The notes under the pieces: model-generated
Seen by the model: only the letters and a program-made list of their open reading frames with translations
Databases searched by the model: none
What the model was told of the DNA's origin: nothing
DNA from: Trueperaceae bacterium
GTDB taxonomy: Bacteria; Deinococcota; Deinococci; Deinococcales; Trueperaceae
NCBI GenBank assembly: GCA_040905465.1
Contig: JBBDRK010000043.1
Location: 38,818 to 102,817, forward strand
DNA length: 64,000 bases
Direction: 5' to 3'
Position numbers and translations under genes: made by a program
Part shown: positions 26,812 through 35,244 of the stretch, piece by piece
Layout: each line of letters begins with the position of its first letter
Position numbering within the stretch: the first letter of the stretch is position 1

Positions 26812-26840
26812 ATTATAGTGCAGCCCGCAGTGCGTGTCAA
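26812..26840 (-). promoter_or_regulatory. Consensus sigma-70-type promoter (TTGACA-17 nt-TATAAT) for the aldolase-to-SDR operon
   Basis: The minus strand reads TTGACA (26840-26835), then the 17-nt spacer CGCACTGCGGGCTGCAC, then TATAAT (26817-26812). It lies between the DeoR stop (26886) and the aldolase ATG (26725). Confidence 0.7.
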
Positions 26841-26885
26841 CGCGATGGCGATGGTCGCTGCGAGCGTCCCGAAACCGAGCATGCC

Positions 26886-27662
26886 TCAATGTGAGCGCGG
26901 AGCGAGCGTAAGTGCGATGCCCGCGTCGAGATAGTCCTCCGCCTGTGCCGGATCTAGGCCATCATCGGTGATCATGCCGTCGAACTCCGCCAAATCGGCG
27001 ACCTTTATCAGGTGCACCCGACCGAACTTGCTGTGATCTGCTATCAGGGTTACCCGGTTGCTGCAGGCCATGACAAGACGCTTGATCGGGGCCTGGTGGA
27101 TTCGGGAGCTCGTCATGCCCGCAACCAGGTCGATACCGTCCGCCCCGACGAACGCGTGGTGAGCGTGCAGCGTCTTCAGCGTGTTCTCTGCGATCATGCC
27201 GCCGACGTTGTAGTTGTCACGAATAACCGTGCCACCGACGGAAACCACGTTGAAGTTGGGGACGTCGGAAAGCTCGAGCGCGATCTTGAGGTCGGTCGTG
27301 ATGACCGTCAGGTCCCGCCGCGACTTCAACTCGCGTGCAAGTAGCAGTGCCGAGGAGCCGGAGTCCAGAATGATGACTTCACCGTTCGTAACACGCTGAC
27401 TAGCCACCCGAGCAATGGCGAGCTTCTCTTCGAAATGCTCGCGTGCCTTGCTTTCCGCCAGCGGAAAGAAGGCGGAACTCTGGTAGGGGAGGACCGCGCC
27501 GCCACGAATCCGCTTGAGGTGACCTTGCTGTTCGAGGAGGTGTAGGTCACGCCTCACCGTTGCATGCGACGCATCGAGCGCTTCCGCCAGCGTGGCCACG
27601 TCGGCGCCGCCGTCGTGCGTGAGGATGTCTAGAAGTCGTTTTCGACGCCTATCCGGCAGCAT
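26886..27662 (-). CDS. DeoR family transcriptional repressor
   Basis: N-terminal HTH (RRKRLLDIL...VATLAEALDASHATVRRDLHLLEQQGHLKRIRGGA) and a C-terminal DeoR sugar-phosphate sensor pattern (ILDSGSS, FVGADGI). Confidence 0.85.
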   Translation of the reverse strand: MLPDRRRKRLLDILTHDGGADVATLAEALDASHATVRRDLHLLEQQGHLKRIRGGAVLPYQSSAFFPLAESKAREHFEEKLAIARVASQRVTNGEVIILDSGSSALLLARELKSRRDLTVITTDLKIALELSDVPNFNVVSVGGTVIRDNYNVGGMIAENTLKTLHAHHAFVGADGIDLVAGMTSSRIHQAPIKRLVMACSNRVTLIADHSKFGRVHLIKVADLAEFDGMITDDGLDPAQAEDYLDAGIALTLAPRSH

Positions 27663-27802
27663 ATTTACTCCGGTTTACAGTATGGCACGGCCATGGTAGC
27701 TTTTGCTCGGAGTCGCACATCTTCGCGCAGTTGCTCATAGGTCATCATGGTCTTCGTGTCGTCGATTCGGGTACCGCAAAGCTGTTCGGAAGGAGAGAAG
27801 GG

Positions 27803-29368
27803 ATGCCGGAAAGAGCACATCTGATAGGCGTCGACGTCGGCACCTACAGTGCCAAAGGGGTGCTGGTGCACTCCGACGGTACCATCAAGGCCACGGCTAC
27901 CTCAGAGTATGCATTGAGCATTCCCCGGCCCGGGTGGGCGGAGCACGACGCCGAGACGATCTGGTGGGGGAGTTTCGTCAGGATCGTGCGCACACTGCTC
28001 GAACAGAGCGGAGTGGCTGCGAGCGAGGTAGCTGCAGTTGGATGCAGTGCAATCGGGCTCACCATGCTGCCGGTGGACGCGGACGGGAATCCGCTCCGTC
28101 CCTCGATACTCTACGGCATCGATACTCGAGCGTCGCGCGAGATCGAGTATCTGACCAAAGAACTGGGCAATGATGCCATTGTCGCCAATTCCGGCAGCCC
28201 GCTCTCGGCCAACTCGGTCGGTCCGAAGATATTGTGGTTCCGCAACCACGAGCCCGAGCTGTTTGCCCGCACGCACAAGGTGCTCACCGCCTCCTCCTAC
28301 CTCGGTTTGAAGCTCACGGGCGAGTTCGTGATAGACGAGTACTCGGCGCAGGGCTTCGCACCGATGTTCGACGTCACGCAGCGGGCATGGAACCCGGCCA
28401 TGACCGAGCCGATCTGCTCGCTGGAACTCCTGCCGGGCCTGCACCCGACTACTGACGTGATCGGGACGGTCACGGCTGCCGCGGCCGGTGAGACGGGACT
28501 GGTTGCCGGGACCCCGGTAATCGCAGGCACGGTCGACGCGGCGGCCGAAGCGATCAGCATCGGAGCGACCGCTCCCGGCGAAACGATGCTGATGCTGGGT
28601 ACGACTGCGTTCATTACCCAGGTGCTCGGCGAAAGGAGGCGCCACGGCTCGCTGTGGTCGTCGCGCTATCTGGTCGAGGGCACCTATGCGCTGAGTGCCG
28701 GCATGGCCACGTCGGCCGCCCTCACCCGCTGGTTCAAGGACAATTTCGCCGGAGCGGAGCAGCTCATCGAGGAACGCGACGGCACCAGTGCATATCAGCA
28801 GTTGGCCGAGCAGGCCTCCGAGGTCCCGGTGGGGAGCGAAGGTCTGATAGTACTGCCCTACTTCAGCGGCGAGCGTGCTCCGATTCACGATGCGAGGGCC
28901 CGGGGAACGATCACGGGCTTGACCCTGTCGCACACGAGAAAACATGTCTACCGAGCACTCCTCGAGGGCGTGGCCTACGCGATACGGCACAATCTCGAAG
29001 TGATGGCCGAGGCCGACGCCATTCCCGCCAGGCTTATCGCCGTAGGGGGCGGCGCAAAGAACCAAGTATGGCTTCACATCATCGCCGACTGTTGTAATCA
29101 GCGGGTCGACGTGCCCGCGCAGACGATCGGGGCGTCGTTCGGCGACGCTTACCTGGCCGGGATCGGTGCGGGCATCTTCCGAGGCTTCGGCGAGCTTAGA
29201 CGCAACTGGATCACCCTAGGTCGTACCATCGAGCCGGACGAACGGAATCATAGCCTCTACGGCCCCTACTACGAGATTTACCGGCGATGTTATTCGGCAC
29301 TGAAGGCTGAAATGCACGACCTCGCCGATCTCCAGGCGGGAGAGGGAGCGGTTAGCCCGCCTGCCTGA
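27803..29368 (+). CDS. FGGY family carbohydrate kinase
   Basis: ATG 27803 follows GGAAGGAGAG. Motifs IGVDVGTYSAKGV, VLPYFSGERAP and AVGGGAKNQVWLHIIADC. Close paralogue of 33655-35217. Confidence 0.85.
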   Translation: MPERAHLIGVDVGTYSAKGVLVHSDGTIKATATSEYALSIPRPGWAEHDAETIWWGSFVRIVRTLLEQSGVAASEVAAVGCSAIGLTMLPVDADGNPLRPSILYGIDTRASREIEYLTKELGNDAIVANSGSPLSANSVGPKILWFRNHEPELFARTHKVLTASSYLGLKLTGEFVIDEYSAQGFAPMFDVTQRAWNPAMTEPICSLELLPGLHPTTDVIGTVTAAAAGETGLVAGTPVIAGTVDAAAEAISIGATAPGETMLMLGTTAFITQVLGERRRHGSLWSSRYLVEGTYALSAGMATSAALTRWFKDNFAGAEQLIEERDGTSAYQQLAEQASEVPVGSEGLIVLPYFSGERAPIHDARARGTITGLTLSHTRKHVYRALLEGVAYAIRHNLEVMAEADAIPARLIAVGGGAKNQVWLHIIADCCNQRVDVPAQTIGASFGDAYLAGIGAGIFRGFGELRRNWITLGRTIEPDERNHSLYGPYYEIYRRCYSALKAEMHDLADLQAGEGAVSPPA

Positions 29369-29634
29369 ATCGTGCTGAGATCGTAATTGATCGAAGAAGT
29401 GCATCTCGGTGCAACGTGCACGAAACGTCAGACCCCCTCGGAAGCATCGCGGCGAATAACCCTCGAGGCGGGCACCAGACGCGGAGGCGCTCCGGACTGC
29501 CCGCCCGCCCAGGCGTTTTTCGTCAGCCACGCGTGAACCGCACATGACACGGGCAACGCGAGGCCGCTCTTACAGGGTGGCGCGGCGCCCTTTCGTGCCT
29601 GGAAACGGCTGACCACCGTGCCGACGCGACTCGC

Positions 29635-29663
29635 TTGACATCGATCAGGAGTAAGCGTATATA
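29635..29663 (+). promoter_or_regulatory. Near-consensus sigma-70-type promoter (TTGACA-17 nt-TATATA, or TATAAT at 19 nt)
   Basis: TTGACA is at 29635-29640, followed by the spacer TCGATCAGGAGTAAGCG and then TATATAAT from 29658. It lies about 175 nt upstream of the SBP start at 29839. Confidence 0.65.
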
Positions 29664-29838
29664 ATAACGATTACAGCGCGAAGTGAACCTGAGTGATCAT
29701 CGAGGACCCGAAAGGGGGTACCGGCTGGTCAAGACATCCACAGCAGGCCATCGGTGTGTCCACATTCGAGGTAGTAGCTCGTGCCCTTTGGGAAACCAGG
29801 CAGTTTACGACCGAATCGCAAGCCATAGGAGTCGAAAC

Positions 29839-31440
29839 ATGAGAATGTACGACAAGCCCCGCGCGCACGGAAGTAGAAGTACAGGCAAGACTTCCCTGTT
29901 GCTGATCTTGATGCTGCCACTCATCCTCCTGTCGAATGCTCAGGCCCAGGTCCCGGAAGAGGAAAGGTACGGCAACACGCTGCGAGTGGCGATCGCCGAG
30001 CCGGTACCGTCCCTCGACATTCATAAGGCGATCGCCGCCGGCATTCAGAGCGTCACCTCGAACGTAGTCGAAACCCTGATCCTCAAGGACTTCGGTGGTG
30101 CCGACGTTCCCGGTCTGGCACGCGACTGGGAAATCAGCGACGACCAGCTCACCTACACTCTTTACCTGAGAGAAGGCGTCAAGTTCCACGACGGAAGCGA
30201 CATGACGGCGGAGGACGTCAAGGCCTCGCTCGATCGATGGTTCGCCGTTACCCCGGTGCAATGGGAGGTCGCGAGCTTCGAAGAGGTAGAGATCGTCGAC
30301 GACTACACGATCAGGGCGCACCTCAGCGAACCGTTTACCGGCACGCTCGATGCGCTGGGTCTCAACCCGGCCGCCATCCTGCCGAAAGAGATTGTCGATC
30401 GCGTTGGCGAGGGGGAACTCGACGGCAGTGATCTCATCGGGACCGGTATCTACAAACTGGCCGACTTCACTCCTGAGCGCACCTGGATGCTCGAGCGTTT
30501 CGAGGACTATCACGGGCAATTCACCGGAGAGTTGAGCTTCATGGCCGGTGAGAGAAAGGGTTACGCCGATACCATCGAGATAACCAGGGTCGCGGAAGCC
30601 GGAACGAGGCTCGCGGGTTTGCTGGCCGGCGACTACGACATCGCGGACGACCTGTCGCCCGATGACCTCGACCTCGTCGAGAGCCGTCGTGGCGTCAACG
30701 CCGATGTGATCCCCGGCGCTCTCGGCTGGTACACCAAGTTCAACAGCCAGGAAGGACCGTTCGCCAATGAACTGCTCCGCCAGGCAGTGCGAGTCGGTAT
30801 AAGACCCATGGAAATCATGGCCGGCTTCGGCGACGAGCGGCTCTGGGAGCTCAACCTGTTCCCGAGGTTCCATCCGGAGTCGCCGTACAACCTCAATGAC
30901 CAGGTCCATGCCGAGTACTACTACCCGGAAGACATGGAGCTGGCGCGCGCGATGGTTGAGGCTTCCGGCTACAATGGCGAGCCCATCCGCGTGATCGGCA
31001 GTCGTGACCTGGCAGGTTGGTACGTGCAGGCGATCGGCATCCTGCCGATGCTTCAGGAGATGGGCCTCAATGCCGAGCTGATCATCGTTGACCGTCCGCA
31101 GCAACTCGAGCTCACGCTCGACACCTCGCAGTGGGAGATCAAGACCAGCTACAGCACCCCGATCAGGCGGGCGGCAGTGCTCGGCTTCCACGGCCGGCAC
31201 CGCGACGGCACCCAGTGGTCGTGGGCTGGTGACGAGCACCTGTACTACGAAGGCGTTCTGTGGCGCGACCTCGAACGCCGTGACGAGGCGATCACCCGGA
31301 TGGTGGAGATCGAGCTCGAGCGTGCCGGACAGCTGTGGCTGGGCCATACCGCTATGCTCCGCGGTTACGGAGATCACGTTCAGGACATGCCCTTCAGCCA
31401 CTACCTCAACCTGTACAACACCTGGATCGAGGGGCGTTAG
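29839..31440 (+). CDS. ABC substrate-binding protein, family 5 (peptide/nickel type)
   Basis: ATG 29839 follows AGGAG. Signal peptide ...TSLLLILMLPLILLSNAQAQ. YTLYLREGVKFHDGSDMTAEDVKASLDRW block. The in-frame upstream extension to 29683 lacks signal-peptide logic. Confidence 0.85.
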   Translation: MRMYDKPRAHGSRSTGKTSLLLILMLPLILLSNAQAQVPEEERYGNTLRVAIAEPVPSLDIHKAIAAGIQSVTSNVVETLILKDFGGADVPGLARDWEISDDQLTYTLYLREGVKFHDGSDMTAEDVKASLDRWFAVTPVQWEVASFEEVEIVDDYTIRAHLSEPFTGTLDALGLNPAAILPKEIVDRVGEGELDGSDLIGTGIYKLADFTPERTWMLERFEDYHGQFTGELSFMAGERKGYADTIEITRVAEAGTRLAGLLAGDYDIADDLSPDDLDLVESRRGVNADVIPGALGWYTKFNSQEGPFANELLRQAVRVGIRPMEIMAGFGDERLWELNLFPRFHPESPYNLNDQVHAEYYYPEDMELARAMVEASGYNGEPIRVIGSRDLAGWYVQAIGILPMLQEMGLNAELIIVDRPQQLELTLDTSQWEIKTSYSTPIRRAAVLGFHGRHRDGTQWSWAGDEHLYYEGVLWRDLERRDEAITRMVEIELERAGQLWLGHTAMLRGYGDHVQDMPFSHYLNLYNTWIEGR

Positions 31441-31483
31441 CACTTCGAGGTCGTTGAGGGAAAGCAGAATATAGTCCGACCGT

Positions 31484-31527
31484 CTCCTTGTGTCGAAGTC
31501 CCACTCCGGGCGCATCGACACAAGGAG
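31484..31527 (+). promoter_or_regulatory. Intercistronic stem-loop after the binding-protein gene
   Basis: CTCCTTGTGTCGA (31484-31496) pairs with TCGACACAAGGAG (31515-31527): a 13-bp perfect stem with an 18-nt loop. Confidence 0.75.
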
Positions 31528-31593
31528 AACACTGTGAAGTCTCATGCTCCGAACTTGGTATTTTGACGCAGGGCCAGTCACCGAGCTGGCAGA

Positions 31594-32550
31594 TTGCAAC
31601 GGGAGCCGATGGTATTCATTCTCCGCAGGCTGATCCAACTGATTCCTACTCTGGCAGTGATAGCCGTCGTCGCTTTCTTCCTCATCCGGGTCGCCGGGGG
31701 AGATCCCACCGCCCTCCTGTTGCCGCAGGATGCGTCCCAAGAGGACATCCAGCGCATGAGACGGTCCATGGGCCTGCACCAGCCGCTATTTCTCCAATTC
31801 TTTTACTGGATGCGCGACTTGCTCAGCGGCAACCTGGGAATCTCCTACTACACCCGCGACACGGTCGTCAGCACGATCATCGATCGCGCCTATCCGACTC
31901 TATGGCTCGCTGTCAGCGCCCAAATGGTCGCAATAGTGATCGCGGTGCCGGCCGGAATCATCTCCGCCGTACGGCAAAACTCCTGGCTCGACCGGTTGTT
32001 CACCATCTTCGCGCTTGGCGGCGTAGCCATTCCCAATTTCTGGTTCGCCATGATGCTCGTCATGGTCGTGAGCATCAGTCTGGGGTGGCTGCCGTCGCAA
32101 GGCTTCACCGATCCGCTCCAGGATCCCTGGCAGGGATTTCGTCGACTGGTGCTGCCCTCGGTGGCGCTCGGCTATCTTCAGGCCGGGCTGATCACCAGGA
32201 TGACGAGGTCCGCCATGCTCGACGTGCTGCGGCTGGACTACGTCAGGACGGCCCGAGCGAAGGGCCTGAGGGAGACTGCTATCGTCGGCCGTCACGCCCT
32301 CTCCAACGCCATGAACCCCATTCTCACGGTAATCGGGATCTCGATGGCGTCCCTGTTCACCGGGGCCGTGGTAACAGAACTGGTATTCAATTTCCCAGGG
32401 CTCGGACAGTTGATAGTCGAGGCGGTCGGACGACGCGACTTCCCGCTCATACAGGGCGTTCTGGTGATTCTCGCGGTCATCACTTTGCTTATCAACTTCT
32501 TTATCGACATCTCCTACGGCCTTTTCGATCCGAGGATCAGATATGACTAG
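31594..32550 (+). CDS. ABC transporter permease, DppB/OppB type
   Basis: MVFILRRLIQLIPTLAVIAVVAFFL..AGGDP, YVRTARAKGL and C-terminal DPRIRYD. The start is TTG 31594 or ATG 31609 (GGGAG upstream). Confidence 0.85.
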   Translation: MQREPMVFILRRLIQLIPTLAVIAVVAFFLIRVAGGDPTALLLPQDASQEDIQRMRRSMGLHQPLFLQFFYWMRDLLSGNLGISYYTRDTVVSTIIDRAYPTLWLAVSAQMVAIVIAVPAGIISAVRQNSWLDRLFTIFALGGVAIPNFWFAMMLVMVVSISLGWLPSQGFTDPLQDPWQGFRRLVLPSVALGYLQAGLITRMTRSAMLDVLRLDYVRTARAKGLRETAIVGRHALSNAMNPILTVIGISMASLFTGAVVTELVFNFPGLGQLIVEAVGRRDFPLIQGVLVILAVITLLINFFIDISYGLFDPRIRYD

Positions 32551-32592
32551 TGCAACAGCTCTGCCTTCCAAGCCAACCGGAAGGATCCTCCA

Positions 32593-33495
32593 GTGAAGCC
32601 CACGGCCGTATCGACGGCCGCTCACGCCGGGGGAAGTGCCGGTCAACCGCAACGGGGCTCGTTCCGTGAGCGGATGCGTCGGGCCCGCCGCTTCCTTGCC
32701 ACGAATCCTCTCATCCTCATCGGCCTGATCATGACGGTGTTCATGCTCGCCGTCGCGATCGTGGGGCCCGAGGTGGCCCCCTACGATCCCACCCGCATAA
32801 ACAACCTCAATCGGCTCAAGGCTCCGAACGCCGAGCATTGGCTGGGGACCGACGAGTTCGGCCGTGACGTGCTCTCGCGCCTGCTCTACGGTGCCCGCGT
32901 GTCGGCGTTGATCGGATTCACCACCCTGGTCCTCACCACCGTGTTCGGCACGGTCGTCGGGCTGGTCTCGGGCTACTTCCGCCCGCTCGACGCGATCCTG
33001 ATGCGAGTCATGGACGGGCTGATGACCTTTCCCTCGCTGATCCTGGCTATCGCCCTGATCGCGGTCCTCGGCATCAATGCGTTCAACGTGGTGATCGCCC
33101 TGACAATCGTCTACACCCCGCAGACCGCTCGTGTCGTCAGGTCCTCGGTGCTGAGCGTGAAGGCTACCGACTTCATCGAGGCGACTCGGGCCTTGGGCAA
33201 TCGCCACGTGAGAATCATGTTCCGCCATGTCCTGCCGAATTGCGTTTCCCCCCTGATCGTACAGAGCACGTTCATAATGGGCTACGCCATCCTGGCAGAG
33301 GCCGCTTTGAGCTTCATAGGCGCCGGCGTGCCGCCGCCGGCGCCCAGTTGGGGCAATATGCTCGCCGACAGCCGGGTCTATATGTACCAGGCCCCGTGGA
33401 TGACCTATTTCCCCGGCATCGGCATATCGATCTTCGTGCTCGGTTTGATCCTGCTCGGTGACGGCGTTCGCGACTACCTCGATCCCCGCAATTGA
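32593..33495 (+). CDS. ABC transporter permease, DppC/OppC type
   Basis: HWLGTDEFGRDVLSRLLYGARVS block and multiple TM segments. GTG 32593 follows GGAAGGA. Confidence 0.85.
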   Translation: MKPTAVSTAAHAGGSAGQPQRGSFRERMRRARRFLATNPLILIGLIMTVFMLAVAIVGPEVAPYDPTRINNLNRLKAPNAEHWLGTDEFGRDVLSRLLYGARVSALIGFTTLVLTTVFGTVVGLVSGYFRPLDAILMRVMDGLMTFPSLILAIALIAVLGINAFNVVIALTIVYTPQTARVVRSSVLSVKATDFIEATRALGNRHVRIMFRHVLPNCVSPLIVQSTFIMGYAILAEAALSFIGAGVPPPAPSWGNMLADSRVYMYQAPWMTYFPGIGISIFVLGLILLGDGVRDYLDPRN

Positions 33496-33654
33496 AGGTT
33501 TACCCGGTTCGCCGCCGAGCACCCGGACGGTACCCGGCATTCTCGGAGTGGACGCAGTTCGCGCGAATAAGTCGCAAGTCGGGGAGCAGGCCGCCGATTG
33601 CCTGCTCCAGCCGGCCTGCGAGTCGCGGCGACGCGAGATGGAAAGGGGAAACGG

Positions 33655-35217
33655 ATGCCTGAGAGCGCTTACCTCCTCGGCATAGACGTCGGAACGTACA
33701 GTGCCAAGGGGGTGCTCGTCACGCTCGAAGGACGCGTTATCGCCAGCCACACGGTCGAGTACGAACTAGGTATCCCGCGACCGGGTTGGGCGGAGCACGA
33801 TGCCGAATCGGATTGGTGGGCCTCCCTCGCTCGAGTGACCAACAGCCTGGTCGCCGACAGCAAAGTGGATCCGGCAGAGATTGCAGCCATCGGCTGCAGC
33901 GCGATCGGACCTACCATGCTGCCCGTCGACGGAAACGGGACGCCCCTTCGCACGGCCATTCTCTACGGTATCGACACCCGTAGCTGGCGGGAGGCAGAGG
34001 AGCTCGGCGAAGAGTACGGGCTCGACGTTCTGCTCGAAAGCACCGGGAAACCGGTGACGACCCAGTCCAACGGGCCGAAAATCCTCTGGTTCCGCCGCAA
34101 TCAACCGGAACTGTTCGATCGTACTCACAAGATTCTTACGGCAAACGGATACCTGGCCTTCAAACTGACGGGCGAGTATACTCTCGACCGCTACTCTGCT
34201 TCGGCTTTCGATCCCATGTACGACGTCCCCTCGCGCAATTGGAACAAAGAGCGAGTGGAACGAATATGTCCTGTCGAAATGCTCCCCAGCCTGGTGAGTC
34301 CGACGGAGGTTGTCGGGAAGATTACCCGGACCGCCGCACGCGAGACCGGTCTTGCTGCCGGCACCCCGGTGATCGCTGGAACCATCGATGCAGTGGCAGA
34401 GGCTTTCAGTGTGGGAGTCACCAATCCGGGTGAAACGATGCTGATGTACGGAACGACTCTCTTCATCATCAACGTGAATGCCGAATGGCGCCGCCATGGG
34501 AAGCTCTGGTCCGGACCGTATCTGTTCGACGGTCACTACACTTTGGCCGGTGGGCTTGCCACGAGTGCGGCGCTAACCCGCTGGTATCGCGATCAGTTCG
34601 CTGCCCTCGAACTGCAGGAGGAGCGCGCCGGCGGCGAAAACGCATACCAGATGCTGGCCGCACAGGCGGAGTCGGTGGCCCCGGGGAGCAACGGGCTAAT
34701 CGTCCTTCCTTACTTCAGCGGCGAGCGGACTCCAATATTCGACCCGAAGGCGCGTGGGGTAATCGCCGGGCTCACGCTGTCGCATACTCGGGCAGACGTA
34801 TACCGGGCGTTGCTGGAGGGGGTCGCCTACGCTCTTCGGCACAATCTGGAGGCGATGCGGTCCGTGGGAGCGGACCTCACCAGGCTGGTAGCCGTCGGCG
34901 GTGGCACGAAGAATCGAACGTGGCTCCAGATAATCAGCGACTGCATCGGACAGCCTCAGCACCTGCCCAAAAACACGGTCGGCGCCTCTTACGGGGACGC
35001 ATACCTCGCCGGTTACGGCGTCGGGCTGTTCGACGACCTGCTCACGCTACGCGAGCAGTGGATCGAGTGGGACGGCACTATTGAGCCGAACCGAGAGCGT
35101 CAGGCTGTTTATGACGACTATTATCCAATCTATCGTCGAACGTACGAAAGTCTCGTCGGTGAGCTGCACGAGCTTGCCGACCTTCAGGCGGCCCACGCCG
35201 GGAGGGAAGGCGAGTAG
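33655..35217 (+). CDS. FGGY family carbohydrate kinase
   Basis: ATG 33655 follows GAAAGGGGAA. Motifs LGIDVGTYSAKGV, VLPYFSGERTP and AVGGGTKNRTWLQIISDC. Confidence 0.85.
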   Translation: MPESAYLLGIDVGTYSAKGVLVTLEGRVIASHTVEYELGIPRPGWAEHDAESDWWASLARVTNSLVADSKVDPAEIAAIGCSAIGPTMLPVDGNGTPLRTAILYGIDTRSWREAEELGEEYGLDVLLESTGKPVTTQSNGPKILWFRRNQPELFDRTHKILTANGYLAFKLTGEYTLDRYSASAFDPMYDVPSRNWNKERVERICPVEMLPSLVSPTEVVGKITRTAARETGLAAGTPVIAGTIDAVAEAFSVGVTNPGETMLMYGTTLFIINVNAEWRRHGKLWSGPYLFDGHYTLAGGLATSAALTRWYRDQFAALELQEERAGGENAYQMLAAQAESVAPGSNGLIVLPYFSGERTPIFDPKARGVIAGLTLSHTRADVYRALLEGVAYALRHNLEAMRSVGADLTRLVAVGGGTKNRTWLQIISDCIGQPQHLPKNTVGASYGDAYLAGYGVGLFDDLLTLREQWIEWDGTIEPNRERQAVYDDYYPIYRRTYESLVGELHELADLQAAHAGREGE

Positions 35218-35244
35218 TGCGGTTGACCGCGAATTCCGGACAAC

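Noticed and set aside
27683-27707. Sigma-54-like TGGCAC ... TTGCT in the DeoR/kinase divergent region.
   Set aside because: The GG-to-GC spacing is about 21 nt rather than the required 10, and no enhancer-binding protein gene is nearby.
25913-29368. Assignment of the aldolase + DeoR + FGGY kinase group to AI-2 (lsrK/lsrF) processing or to sulfoquinovose (yihT/yihV/yihW-like) catabolism.
   Set aside because: There is only family-level resemblance. No LsrG/LsrR or Lsr-type ribose-like ABC system is present. No sulfoquinovosidase, isomerase or PfkB-type kinase is present. A sulfatase would not act on the C-S bond of sulfoquinovose. Neither assignment can be supported from sequence alone.
29467-29520. 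Possible terminator after the second FGGY kinase: GGCGGGCA...TGCCCGCC followed by GGCGTTTTT.
   Set aside because: The stem is interrupted and the T-run lies 10 nt beyond it. The evidence is too weak to call.
29664-29838. Known riboswitch in the long leader of the third importer operon.
   Set aside because: I could not match any riboswitch consensus I know (TPP, SAM, cobalamin B12-box, glycine, c-di-GMP, FMN). It is left as an open question in the findings.
29671-31779. 702-aa ORF on the minus strand.
   Set aside because: It is antisense to a well-supported family-5 binding-protein gene. The translation is Arg/Gly/Val/Asp-rich with no family resemblance. This is a typical shadow ORF of GC-rich DNA.
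31900-33750. 616-aa ORF on the minus strand.
   Set aside because: It is antisense to the two permease genes, with a His/Arg/Asp/Gly-rich low-complexity translation. Shadow ORF.
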